Shown: piece by piece, positions 12,122 to 25,590 of the stretch
Numbering within the stretch: the stretch's first letter is position 1
Layout of the letters: the number at the start of each line of letters is the position of its first letter
DNA from: Macrostomum hystrix
Lineage: Eukaryota; Animalia; Platyhelminthes
DNA length: 64,000 nucleotides
Assembly (NCBI GenBank): GCA_950097015.1
Contig: CATNEN010000007.1
Coordinates: 10,974,001 to 11,038,000, forward strand
Direction: 5' to 3'
Program-made: the position numbers and the translations under genes
Notes under the pieces: generated by a model
Databases searched by the model: none
What the model was told of the DNA's origin: nothing
What the model saw: the letters and a program-made list of their open reading frames with translations, nothing else

Positions 12122-12201
12122 GGTCTTCCTGTTGGAACAAAATACCATACCACCCCTATCCCATGGAAAAATTGGTATATCGACAGAGCCAATTACAGCA
12201 A

Positions 12202-12650
12202 GTCACTCTGCACCTACTTTTGTGTGGGTGCTGTGAAGCGTTAAGTTTAAGAGCGCTAAAATGAATACCAGTGAGGCCAAATTTTGGATACAATTCATTC
12301 AACTAGCAAAATATTTACAGGTCACTTTGCACATGCAATTCAATGTGCTGTGAAGCGCTACGTTTTAAAGCGCTATGAGCCCATGTGTCAGCCTTCTCGC
12401 GGCGGACTCGTTGAGCGCGAATAAAATCTGCTAATTACCGTGCGCTGCCAATCTTACCGTGCATGTTTGCACTATCCAGCGGACTGGCAGTGTACTTACG
12501 TTAGCTGTTTTTATTCGTGGGACTAATGACACTATTAAATTCGTTCATTTATCAGCTTTTCCGTTCAATTCCGTTTTATTATTATTATATAGCTCACAGT
12601 TTCATTGTCTGTCAAATAAATGGAGGGGCTCCTAAACAGTGTTTCGCGTT
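12202..12650 (+). repeat. Intergenic repeat block copy 3 (3'-truncated/diverged)
   Basis: Matches copies 1 and 2 up to CCTAAACAGTGTTTC, then diverges. Confidence 0.95.
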
Positions 12651-12914
12651 TTCGTTTTTTAATTGCTTGTTTTTTAGATGCGCTTTCTTTCTGCTCATTA
12701 GTTGGCTGTGCAGGGAACAACTAGGACAAATGGAGATAGATGTGCATTTGAGAATAGACTGCCTGCTTTATACAATTATATGCATGGCAGATCAATGTCC
12801 TTATTAGCGTTTATATATTAGCGTTCACGCCTTCATTTAGGGTCTAGCTTTAATTGTCAACGTTTCAAACTTCAATCTCGAATAAATTTCAGGCCAGCAT
12901 CACTTCCATTGAAA

Positions 12915-12959
12915 GTTGATGACACCTCCCAACATTGGGAGTTGGGAGGTGTCATCAAC
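12915..12959. repeat. Perfect 19-bp hairpin
   Basis: GTTGATGACACCTCCCAAC-ATTGGGA-GTTGGGAGGTGTCATCAAC. Confidence 0.85.
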
Positions 12960-13409
12960 ATTGGGATGACGTGCGCGATGTCAACATGATGACGTGCGCG
13001 AGCATTCAACACAATGGAAATGACGATCCATACAATTTTTTAGGCGGTGTTTCTGGTCTTTCAACCGTTGTGACCAATATTTGAAGAAGCATCTTGCTAA
13101 CGATATTTTAGCTTTTATAACTATTTGCACAATTAAAGGTACGTGGCTACGCACTTCTACGCCTTTAGCCTTGTCTAATGTCATTTTTCAATTCCCTCCA
13201 GTCGTCCAAGGCGTTTTGTTGTTATGCGAACTCGGCCAATCTGACTTCATAATTGCTTCATATGCGTTCATATGCATACAAGTGTGAATGCTCATATGCG
13301 TGTGTACACCTTTCGTGTCTGCTTGCCTGCAATCCTACTTGTGCATGTATTTGACTTACCTATAGTCATTACACTTAGCTAGAGTAATTTAGCCCAGGTG
13401 TGGCAACAA

Positions 13410-14324
13410 TGGTCAGAGGAGAGCTAGAGTCAAACTGTTCAGAATATGTTCCGATGACTAAATTATTCAGTTTTCCCTGGTAGTCATGCAATTTCTTGGA
13501 TGGTCAGAGGAGAGCTAGAGTCAAACTGTTCAGAATATGTTCCGATGACTAAATTATTCAGTTTTCCCTGGTAGTCATGCAATTTCTTCAATGGTCAGAG
13601 GAGGGCTAGAGTCAAACTGTTCAGAATATGTTCCGATGACTAAATTATTCAGTTTTCCCTGGTAGTCATGCAATTTCTTGGATGGTCAGAGGAGAGCTAG
13701 AGTCAAACTGTTCAGAATATGTTCCGATGACTAAATTATTCAGTTTTCCCTGGTAGTCATGCAATTTCTTGGATGGTCAGAGGAGAGCTAGAGTCAAACT
13801 GTTCAGAATATGTTCCGATGACTAAATTATTCAGTTTTCCCTGGTAGTCATGCAATTTCTTCAATGGTCAGAGGAGAGCTAGAGTCAAACTGTTCAGAAT
13901 ATGTTCCGATGACTAAATTATTCAGTTTTCCCTGGTAGTCATGCAATTTCTTGGATGGTCAGAGGAGAGCTAGAGTCAAACTGTTCAGAATATGTTCCGA
14001 TGACTAAATTATTCAGTTTTCCCTGGTAGTCATGCAATTTCTTCAATGGTCAGAGGAGGGCTAGAGTCAAACTGTTCAGAATATGTTCCGATGACTAAAT
14101 TATTCAGTTTTCCCTGGTAGTCATGCAATTTCTTGGATGGTCAGAGGAGAGCTAGAGTCAAACTGTTCAGAATATGTTCCGATGACTAAATTATTCAGTT
14201 TTCCCTGGTAGTCATGCAATTTCTTGGATGGTCAGAGGAGAGCTAGAGTCAAACTGTTCAGAATATGTTCCGATGACTAAATTATTCAGTTTTCCCTGGT
14301 AGTCATGCAATTTCTTCAATGGTC
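13410..14324 (+). repeat. 91-bp tandem repeat, ~10 copies
   Basis: TGGTCAGAGGAGAGCTAGAGTCAAACTG... at 13410, 13501 and onward. Confidence 0.97.
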
Positions 14325-14689
14325 GTGCTCCCTTGCAAACGAGCAGCGGAGTGAGAGGAGAGAGTTCTGAAGTTCTGAACGCGTTTGACAATGATAAAAT
14401 ATCAAACTCTAATACCTGCTTTCTTTATGCTCACTGTGCATGCACTGTATGTGTTTTTACGTGAGGGTCTGTACTTTGTTCAATTAATGTTTCTGTCTAA
14501 CTAGGACTTTTCACCAATTCTTTTCCGTGTCAATCTTCAGGGAAAATACATAAGCTAATTTATCAAAACATATCAGCGCATCTCATTGGCAAAAATTGTG
14601 CCGCACAGGCACGGCATAGGTGACCTGCTGCAAGGTATACTGACTAAAATTATTATTATGTTATTATTATTACTTCTTTCTTGGAATCA

Positions 14690-14962
14690 CAGGGTGAGGT
14701 GACAGAGAAGAGGGTGAGGTGACAGAGGAGAGAGTGGGGTGACAGAGAGGAGAGAGTGAGGGCACAGAGGAGAAAGTGAGGGCACAGAGGAGAAAGTGAG
14801 GGCACAGAGGAGAAAGTGAGGGCACAGAGGAGAAAGTGAGGGCACAGAGGAGAAAGTGAGGGCACAGAGGAGAAAGTGAGGGCACAGAGTGGAGAAAGTG
14901 AGGGCACAAAGGAGAAAGTGAGGGCACAGAGTGGAGAAAGTGAGGGCACAGAGAGGAGAAAG
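14690..14962 (+). repeat. 20-bp minisatellite (GTGAGGGCACAGAGGAGAAA)
   Basis: Tandem copies visible directly. Confidence 0.95.
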
Positions 14963-15075
14963 TTAACTTTGATGAATTTCGATGGGATTTGATTCCCCGT
15001 ATTCTGGGATAGACGTAGAAGCGATCCCTGTCGAAATCCGGGGTCAATAAGTAAGCCTGCGGCGTCGCATCACAC

Positions 15076-18000
15076 AGACTATACTTAATTATTACTATTG
15101 TAGCCAGATTTATAAACTTGAACTGGAGCTTGTGGGCACCTATTGCCGTTTAGGAAAATTCAAGAAACCAACAATTGCAGTGCCACGCTTGGCCTCAACT
15201 ACATGATTTTCGCACTACAAAGACTATACTTAATTACTATTGTAGCCCGATTTATAAACTTGAACTGGAGCTTGTGGGCACCTATTGCCGTTTAGGAAAA
15301 TTCAAGAAACCAACAATTGCAGTGCCACGCTTGGCCTCAACTACATGATTTTCGCACTACAAAGACTATACTTAATTACTATTGTAGCCAGATTTATAAA
15401 CTTGAACTGGAGCTTGTGGGCACCTATTGCCGTTTAGGAAAATTCAAGAAACCAACAATTGCAGTGCCACGCTTGGCCTCAACTACATGATTTTCGCACT
15501 ACAAAGACTATACTTAATTACTATTGTAGCCAGATTTATAAACTTGAACTGGAGCTTGTGGGCACCTATTGCCGTTTAGGAAAATTCAAGAAACCAACAA
15601 TTGCAGTGCCACGCTTGGCCTCAACTACATGATTTTCGCACTACAAAGACTATACTTAATTACTATTGTAGCCAGATTTATAAACTTGAACTGGAGCTTG
15701 TGGGCACCTATTGCCGTTTAGGAAAATTCAAGAAACCAACAATTGCAGTGCCACGCTTGGCCTCAACTACATGATTTTCGCACTACAAAGACTATACTTA
15801 ATTACTATTGTAGCCAGATTTATAAACTTGAACTGGAGCTTGTGGGCACCTATTGCCGTTTAGGAAAATTCAAGAAACCAACAATTGCAGTGCCACGCTT
15901 GGCCTCAACTACATGATTTTCGCACTACAAAGACTATACTTAATTACTATTGTAGCCAGATTTATAAACTTGAACTGGAGCTTGTGGGCACCTATTGCCG
16001 TTTAGGAAAATTCAAGAAACCAACAATTGCAGTGCCACGCTTGGCCTCAACTACATGATTTTCGCACTACAAAGACTATACTTAATTACTATTGTAGCCA
16101 GATTTATAAACTTGAACTGGAGCTTGTGGGCACCTATTGCCGTTTAGGAAAATTCAAGAAACCAACAATTGCAGTGCCACGCTTGGCCTCAACTACATGA
16201 TTTTCGCACTACAAAGACTATACTTAATTACTATTGTAGCCAGATTTATAAACTTGAACTGGAGCTTGTGGGCACCTATTGCCGTTTAGGAAAATTCAAG
16301 AAACCAACAATTGCAGTGCCACGCTTGGCCTCAACTACATGATTTTCGCACTACAAAGACTATACTTAATTACTATTGTAGCCAGATTTATAAACTTGAA
16401 CTGGAGCTTGTGGGCACCTATTGCCGTTTAGGAAAATTCAAGAAACCAACAATTGGTGCCACGCTTGACCTCAACTACATGATTTTCGCACTTCAAAGAC
16501 TATACTTAATTACTATTGTAGCCAGATTTATAAACTTGAACTGGAGCTTGTGGGCACCTATTGCCGTTTAGGAAAATTCAAGAAACCAACAATTGCAGTG
16601 CCACGCTTGGCCTCAACTACATGATTTTCGCACTACAAAGACTATACTTAATTACTATTGTAGCCAGGTTTATAAACTTGAACTGGAGCTTGTGGGCACC
16701 TATTGCTGTTTAGGAAAATGCAAGAAACCAACAATTGGTGCCACGCTTGACCTCAACTACATGATTTTCGCACTTCAAAGACTATACTTAATTACTATTG
16801 TAGCCAGATTTATAAACTTGAACTGGAGCTTGTGGGCACCTATTGCTGTTTAGGAAAATGCAAGAAACCAACAATTGGTGCCACGCTTGGCCTCAACTAC
16901 ATGATTTTCGCACTTCAAAGACTATACTTAATTACTATTGTAGCCAGATTTATAAACTTGAACTGGAGCTTGTGGGCACCTATTGCTGTTTAGGAAAATG
17001 CAAGAAACCAACAATTGGTGCCACGCTTGACCTCAACTACATGATTTTCGCACTTCAAAGACTATACTTAATTACTATTGTAGCCAGATTTATAAACTTG
17101 AACTGGAGCTTGTGGGCACCTATTGCCGTTTAGGAAAATTCAAGAAACCAACAATTGCAGTGCCACGCTTGGCCTCAACTACATGATTTTCGCACTACAA
17201 AGACTATACTTAATTACTATTGTAGCCAGGTTTATAAACTTGAACTGGAGCTTGTGGGCACCTATTGCTGTTTAGGAAAATGCAAGAAACCAACAATTGG
17301 TGCCACGCTTGACCTCAACTACATGATTTTCGCACTTCAAAGACTATACTTAATTACTATTGTAGCCAGATTTATAAACTTGAACTGGAGCTTGTGGGCA
17401 CCTATTGCCGTTTAGGAAAATTCAAGAAACCAACAATTGCAGTGCCACGCTTGGCCTCAACTACATGATTTTCGCACTTCAAAGACTATACTGAATTACT
17501 ATTGTAGCCAGATTTATAAACTTGAACTGGAGCTTGTGGGCACCTATTGCTGTTTAGGAAAATGCAAGAAACCAACAATTGGTGCCACGCTTGACCTCAA
17601 CTACATGATTTTCGCACTTCAAAGACTATACTTAATTACTATTGTAGCCAGATTTATAAACTTGAACTGGAGCTTGTGGGCACCTATTGCCGTTTAGGAA
17701 AATTCAAGAAACCAACAATTGCAGTGCCACGCTTGGCCTCAACTACATGATTTTCGCACTACAAAGACTATACTTAATTACTATTGTAGCCAGGTTTATA
17801 AACTTGAACTGGAGCTTGTGGGCACCTATTGCTGTTTAGGAAAATGCAAGAAACCAACAATTGGTGCCACGCTTGACCTCAACTACATGATTTTCGCACT
17901 TCAAAGACTATACTTAATTACTATTGTAGCCAGATTTATAAACTTGAACTGGAGCTTGTGGGCACCTATTGCTGTTTAGGAAAATGCAAGAAACCAACAA

Positions 18001-19162
18001 TTGGTGCCACGCTTGGCCTCAACTACATGATTTTCGCACTTCAAAGACTATACTTAATTACTATTGTAGCCAGATTTATAAACTTGAACTGGAGCTTGTG
18101 GGCACCTATTGCTGTTTAGGAAAATGCAAGAAACCAACAATTGGTGCCACGCTTGACCTCAACTACATGATTTTCGCACTTCAAAGACTATACTTAATTA
18201 CTATTGTAGCCAGATTTATAAACTTGAACTGGAGCTTGTGGGCACCTATTGCCGTTTAGGAAAATTCAAGAAACCAACAATTGCAGTGCCACGCTTGGCC
18301 TCAACTACATGATTTTCGCACTACAAAGACTATACTTAATTACTATTGTAGCCAGGTTTATAAACTTGAACTGGAGCTTGTGGGCACCTATTGCTGTTTA
18401 GGAAAATGCAAGAAACCAACAATTGGTGCCACGCTTGACCTCAACTACATGATTTTCGCACTTCAAAGACTATACTTAATTACTATTGTAGCCAGATTTA
18501 TAAACTTGAACTGGAGCTTGTGGGCACCTATTGCCGTTTAGGAAAATTCAAGAAACCAACAATTGCAGTGCCACGCTTGGCCTCAACTACATGATTTTCG
18601 CACTTCAAAGACTATACTGAATTACTATTGTAGCCAGATTTATAAACTTGAACTGGAGCTTGTGGGCACCTATTGCTGTTTAGGAAAATGCAAGAAACCA
18701 ACAATTGGTGCCACGCTTGACCTCAACTACATGATTTTCGCACTTCAAAGACTATACTTAATTACTATTGTAGCCAGATTTATAAACTTGAACTGGAGCT
18801 TGTGGGCACCTATTGCTGTTTAGGAAAATGCAAGAAACCAACAATTGGTGCCACGCTTGACCTCAACTACATGATTTTCGCACTTCAAAGACTATACTTA
18901 ATTACTATTGTAGCCAGATTTATAAACTTGAACTGGAGCTTGTGGGCACCTATTGCTGTTTAGGAAAATGCAAGAAACCAACAATTGGTGCCACGCTTGA
19001 CCTCAACTACATGATTTTCGCACTTCAAAGACTATACTTAATTACTATTGTAGCCAGATTTATAAACTTGAACTGGAGCTTGTGGGCACCTATTGCTGTT
19101 TAGGAAAATGCAAGAAACCAACAATTGGTGCCACGCTTGACCTCAACTACATGATTTTCGCA
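15076..19162 (+). repeat. 140/142-bp satellite, ~29 copies, with higher-order structure
   Basis: Monomer AGACTATACTTAATTACTATTGTAGCCAG...; identical ORFs recur at a 1126-bp offset (16593/17719, 16843/17969). Confidence 0.97.
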
Positions 19163-20036
19163 GCCAGTTTCCCAGTTTCCCCAGTTTCTCCAGTTTCCAT
19201 GGAGAGACCTGGCGTATATTGTTGTTGTTGTTGTTGTTGTTTCGCAGCACACAGACTACTTAATTATTACTATTGTAGCCAGAGTTATAAACTTTAACTG
19301 GGGCTCGAGCTTGTGGGCACCTATTGCCGTTTGCATGCACTTGTCACCACTGTCTGCTGTTGTTTGTGTCTCATGCTTGGTTTGCGTGCGACTGGGTTGG
19401 GCCGTCTGTCTGGGATCCCCCAAATCCCCAGCCCTGCAGGGTCTGGAAATTAGACTGCATGAACGCATATATAAGGAGCCGCGATATCAGACTGGTTCTT
19501 TACTGTGTGTTTCAATTCTGGCCTTACTTCTGCCTTTGAGTTATTACAACTTACTCAAGAAGCCGTTTACAAATTATCAGTAAGATATATACATGTAGCT
19601 TGTGGATGCACAGCACGATTTTGTGAATGTCACACGATATGACATCCCTCAGAGAAACGGAAATTAAAGGGAAGCATTCTTCATGAACTTATACTCATCT
19701 ATGAGCAAAATGAGGTGTGCAACGAAGCCAATAATGAGGTAAGTCAGAGTTTAACAAACACTAGCCCATATCAAAATAATAAATATATATGTGTGTGTAT
19801 CTGGCTTAACCTAAAGTCAGTACAACTACTGTACCGTACTTTATGTTTGTCAGTAGATGAATCGGAGATAATCCGAGAATCCATCAATAAATTATTTTTA
19901 TGAGGCCTATAAACCAATATCAAGAGCAATGTTTCAAAATACGGATATATGACTTAGTATTTATTTTTTAAGTTAGTAATCAGCACCAACAGCTTGGAAC
20001 TTGAAAGTTCATTCAGTCCATTGTGCTAAGCTGTTT

Positions 20037-20459
20037 TCAAAAAGAAATGACGAAGCAAAACCAGCCTAGACAGTGTCTCGTCAGAAAGGATCGTGAACGA
20101 ACTTTGGTCAGAAAAGTTCCACTGACCGAAAAGGCGCGCTCAGCTTCAACACTTGTCGGAGGGATGAGCATCACAGCTTCACGCTGCTGTGCAATGCGAA
20201 GAATCTCTCGACCAATGCGACTCTCCAGTGACATGCAGTGTGTTTTAGGCTTAGAGCTCTTCTCTAGGAATGACTTCACTTGATCAGCCAGACCGCTTTC
20301 ATCTGCCACATCATCATTGTCGTCACCATAATGGGCATTTGTGGCTGAACTCAAATCAATGGAAGCTGAACTGGTGTCTTTATCAGTAGCAACTTGGGCA
20401 GCATCTTCAGCTGCATATAGGTTTAACTTACTAGCCAGTGTGATCAGTGAATACTTCAC
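20037..20459 (-). pseudogene. hAT transposase C-terminal (dimerisation domain) remnant
   Basis: LIPPTSVEAERAFSVSGTFLTKVRSR matches the hAT C-terminal P(T/S)SxxxERxFS motif; the rest of the transposase is absent. Confidence 0.7.
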
Positions 20460-21679
20460 AGCATTTAACTCACTTTGTGAGTCAGTGATTCCATACCGAG
20501 ATAAAAATCAGGCGAATCGCGATTCGAGACTAGAAGCAATCTGAATTAAACAAAGCATCTCAAAATTTTCTCATTTACACGTTGCATGAGCAGTTGCTTA
20601 ACTTTATACTCGCAATCAGGCATGAGTCGCTTTCTGTTATTTTTGTAATTAAAAAACACAAAAACAATAAAAAGCACAGCTAAGCAAGAGTGAGAAGATA
20701 AGCAAAAAAGGCGTTCGACAGGGTGACGGAAAAAAATCTCGTTTATAAGGTGAGCGGCATGTTGAATCAAAGGCTCATAGGCTCATAGATTCGTAGCAAA
20801 AGCCGTAGCAGGAATCGTTGCCAGAATCGCAGCACAGCAGTACAAGATTGAGCACAGAGAAGCAATAATGAGCACATAAGCAATAATGAGCACAAATAAG
20901 CAATAATGAGCACAGATTAAGCAGGAGCACATACAAAAGCGGGCGCAACAGGAGAAAGATTCAGTCTTTAAAATTTCATCAACTTTCGGCGGACAAACCG
21001 TTACTGTTGATTGCGACTGATTACATTTGACTACTGTGCATGGGTCTGTGCAAAGTCTGCAAAATACCTTATTTCTGTAAATGTATTAATTTTGGACTGC
21101 TCCTGCACAGCCCTCTGTTATGTATATTTGTATTATTGCATCCCATGCTTGGCTTGGATCAGTGATGCATCCTACATGTGGAAGTCAGTCACGAATTTCC
21201 CCTCTCAATCGGCAAGTAATCGGCGAGACAGCTTGCCACCTGTCTCACTGAGGTCAGTCCAGGGTTTGCACTTTCTCAACACGCAAGTCAGGCGTCGGTG
21301 AGGCAGGTCTGCGGATCCAATATCGGCAGCACGGGTGTCACCTGGCCTTGCTTCCGTCTGCCGGTGGCGCCACCGCCGCTTCCGCCGCGACGCCGCCTCC
21401 GCCACCGAAGCCGCCAACCCAGGCAGCAGACGTCCAGGCCCATTCGCTTGACCTCCGGTTTCGAGCGCAGCTCCGTGATCAGGTTGGTCTGCAGCAGCTC
21501 CTGTAGAAGGTCCTGGCGGGACAAGCCTGGAGCTGATGGATTGTCCAAGTTGACAACCAAGTTTGAGAGCCCGTTGATGCGTCTGATGAAGACTATACGT
21601 GTCGGTAGGCCTGTTTGAGTAGTGCAGGTGAGTACGGGCTTGATGTCTAACAGGTACCATGCCAAGCAGAACAGGTGAA

Positions 21680-21880
21680 CACTGTGTCTAACAGAACAGG
21701 TGATCACAGGCTCTGTCTAACAGGTGACGCTCTCTGTCTAACAGTTGACGCTGTCGGCCTAACAAATGACGCTCTTTGTCTAACAGGTGACGCTCTTTGT
21801 CTACCAGGTGGCGCTCTCTGTCTAACAATTGACGCTGTCGGCCTAACAAATGACGCTCTTGGTCTAACAGGTATTTCTAA
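21680..21880 (+). repeat. Degenerate ~21-bp minisatellite (CTCTGTCTAACAGGTGACG)
   Basis: Tandem copies visible directly. Confidence 0.8.
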
Positions 21881-22850
21881 CAGAAATGAATTCCAGAATG
21901 ACAGATTTAGAATGACAAATGAATTCCAGAATGACTAGTGATGGACAGATTAAAACAGGACTTGATCTTCATTCATATTCACATTAGAAAATGTCAAGTA
22001 ACTTACTGGAAATGCAGGCGCATCACTGATCTAGACCACAGGTCGAAGAGAGGTAGCCACGTGGCTAGTGCACTAGGCAGAATCGCACATCAAGAGTCAG
22101 CAGCTGCCATCAGACACAAGTTAATCCTGGAATGGTGCAGGCTTTAGCACAACGTATTAATAATGTCAAATCAAAGTGAATGAAGTACTGCGATAAAATG
22201 ACTCCGTGATGGCAAAGGAAAGAAGATTAAAGGCAACACAATTATCCAAAAATAGGCTTCAGGCCATCCACCATCCACCATTCACGCGAAGCATAAAAGA
22301 CTTGGCCTTTGCAGAAATATTTAATAGTATTCAGCGGTACTTGTAACTGTCTAAATAGACACTTGTACAAGCCTTCCGCACAAGTAGGAGATGCAAGTTG
22401 GGCGAATGTTTATGAGTTCGATTTTTCAGACACGGTTTACATATTCGAGAAACAGTAATTGACTTTTGTCTAAATTTATTCTTGTCAAAAGGTGTGTTTG
22501 AGATCGACCCATTTTATTTTTAAATACAAGGCTGCTTTGCTGATCGGGCTATTTGTATTTAGCAGAATTTAATTTGTAAGAAATTCATAAAGTACACTTT
22601 TCCTATTGTCTTAAATCATGTCATTCAATTACCATAGTGTTCGCTTTAATTATCTGTTTTTTGAGCCAAGAAAAGTTGAAAAAATTCTTTCTGAAGAAGA
22701 GAAGCTTTAGAAACAAATATTAGTTTTAAAAAATTTCACGATAAGTCGTTTATCTCTACGACTTAGAGACGAAAAACAATTATATAGGGTGCGTACGAAA
22801 ACAATTATAACTATCTAATTATAATTATAACTTCCACCAATAATTGGAGA

Positions 22851-23012
22851 GGCAATCTTCGGCTGAATATGCGGACTTTGACTATAACTATAAATCAACT
22901 ATATAATCAACTGTAAATAATCAACTAATAATCAACTAATAATCAACTATGAATATTCAACTATATATAATATTAAAATATCCTAAGTCCGCAGATTCAG
23001 CCGAAGATTGCC
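22851..23012. mobile_element. MITE-like element with 28-bp terminal inverted repeats
   Basis: GGCAATCTTCGGCTGAATATGCGGACTT / AAGTCCGCAGATTCAGCCGAAGATTGCC around an AT-rich ATAATCAACT-repeat core; no clear TSD. Confidence 0.6.
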
Positions 23013-23066
23013 CGATCTAAGGCGTCTTAGTCTTAGGCGTATTCTTCTTCTTTTTCTCTCCGCGAC

Positions 23067-23105
<39 letters not shown>
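23067..23105 (+). repeat. (GGC)n microsatellite
   Basis: Visible directly. Confidence 0.95.
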
Positions 23106-23108
<3 letters not shown>

Positions 23109-25277
23109 ATCCACCATATTCTGGAATTTTGCATTAAATGCAAATTTTTTTATAAATGAGCAATAACAATAATGTGTTGTAAGGCATGCTCTGTGGAAAA
23201 GTTAGCCCATTTAAATGGGCATCAGAAAGTCAGAATTAAAATGAGATTTTTTATGACCGAGCAACAACAGTTATGAAACGACTTGCTTTCTAGGAAATAT
23301 GGTTTCTATTCTGCATGTTATGAGGGACCATTTAAATTAACGTTTCGCGGTCAATTTCTATGAAGACAAGGGTTACGTCAAGTTATAAATTGCTTGTTTC
23401 ACAGTATAAAAGCGAGGCATTTTGTGAAAGCGGAGAATATTGAAATTTAGCAGAATACAATATGAAGTAATGTGCAGAGCTGGACAAGTGTTACTGCTAA
23501 TCACAGGCTTGGGGAGGCAGTATGAGTCTGCTGTTTGTTTTATGTTTGACTTGCACAGTCGAAGTGTTTGACTCAAACAATATGAATCTACTGCTCTCAA
23601 CCCAGTGCCGATGTCCTAACTTGTCAGCTTGGCTCATAGCTAATATGTGACCTGCTATGATCATCACTAAATGAATGCACCCTCATTCTATTCACGTATT
23701 AAAATGTACACCTCTAAGAGTATAAAGTTTCAGTGTATTATAAATAGTGAGCTATCCAAGCCTTTTTACATAGGCTACAGAGTTTATGCTTATCTTAATA
23801 AGTCTTAATATTAGGAAAAAAACTGTATAGTGGGTCTATACGCATAGCTTATTGGCTGGCCACTCGTCATAATTGTATAGAAACAATGCATTATTCTAAA
23901 TGAAATTAGGACCCAGGAATATAAATTCTTATTAAGATTTCCAAGCAACTACTGGGATATGGGATCTATGACCTGGGAGCCTAGGATCAAGGACTAGTAT
24001 TGCCATTGCAGTTTGGCCTTTTTTCTGTAGCCCTAAAAAAATTCCGCAGGGCTTAATTCTATGATTGAATTGATAATTAGTGGAATATGTAATCCAAAGT
24101 AAACTAATTGACTATTGTATATCCACTTCCAAAAATGGTATTATCAGTATGGTATACTTGCCAATTTGCACCCACTTCATAGGTCACATATTTAAAAGAA
24201 TTGTGCTTTTAAATGAAAGATTGAATAAAATGAGGGGAAGAAATAAGAAAATTGGAACCAAAGTCTAACATCTGTCATCTATAGGGTAATGTATCATCAA
24301 CCAAACAAGAATGTGTATTTTTTAACTTCGAACCTAAGCTACAGATTTTCTATTTAAGATATGATGATAAATCAAAAGCCAAGTTATAGAAAACAGTTAC
24401 ATCTTTCTAAAAAGTGTCTGCTTTTGCTATTTTGTCAAATAGAAAAAAGTTATTCCTGTAACTAGGTTTCATCTAAAACCTAACAATGATTTTCATGTAT
24501 CTTCAAACCAAATGGAGAAGTTGGTGTTTGGTTTTACAATTTGAGTGAGTGGTTTAATCTTATTTTGCCATATGAAGTGCTGTCAAAGTGTAGACTACAA
24601 TTCTGTGTAAGCTAGAAGGATAGGAATGTGAGGGATGGGAATGTGAGTGAATAGGAATGGGAGGAAGGGAAAAGGATCCCTGTGGCCCCGTGGCACTTGG
24701 GTGCCGCAGCCCCTCATGCAGCAGCTACATGAGTTTAATACTCTGGCACCTTCTATTTGCTGCTGAGCATAGCTCACACAGGTAGGAAACATTGGCAACT
24801 ATAAAAATTTCTGCTACATATTTTTAATGCCATCCAAACAAAAATAACTGCCTATGTCCCATAGCTACTGAACTTGAGCTCTGAGTGAGCATGGACATGG
24901 TCAGGTTTATTAAATGTTTTTAGTGGGATCACATTTTTCACATTGCTTGAATGGGGAGTAGGTTATCTAGGGAATATAAGATCTATGGACACTGACCTAT
25001 TAGGACAGGGTTGGTAACCATTTTTATCTTGTAGGCCAGATAGAGATTTGAGCACATGGGTCATGGCTTATGAACACATGGAAGAAGTGGAAGTGTAAGT
25101 AGAAGAGTAGAAGCTTAGAGGGTGGAGTGGAGAGGAGGCTGCATTGGGTGGGGTTGGGTTTGGTAGATTTGGGCTAGATTTAGTAAGCCATGCAAGTAAA
25201 GTATGGGGTAGATATCTGCTCCTGTCCTGTCTGTCTACCTGTCTGTCTGCCTACCTGCCTGCCTGCCTGCTTGCCTG

Positions 25278-25590
25278 AGGGCACTGGTCCCCTCTATAAC
25301 AGGGGGGCACTGACCCCTCTCTAGCAGGGAGGGCACTGATCACTCTAGCAGGGAGGGAACTGGCCCCTCTAGCAGGGAGGGCACTGACCCCTCTCTAGCA
25401 GGGAGGGCACTGATCACTCTAGCAGGGAGGGAACTGGCCCCTCTAGCAGGGAGGGCACTGACCCCTCTCTAGCAGGGAGGGCACTGATCACTCTAGCAGG
25501 GAGGGAACTGGCCCCTCTAGCAGGGAGGGCACTGACCCCTCTCTAGCAGGGAGGGCACTGACCCCTCTCTAGCAAGGAGGGCACTGACCA
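25278..25590 (+). repeat. 23-26-bp minisatellite (CTCTAGCAGGGAGGGCACTGACCC) with 72-bp super-period
   Basis: Tandem copies visible directly. Confidence 0.9.

Noticed and set aside
16311-19297. Series of 86-96-aa ORFs
   Set aside because: By-products of the 140/142-bp satellite.
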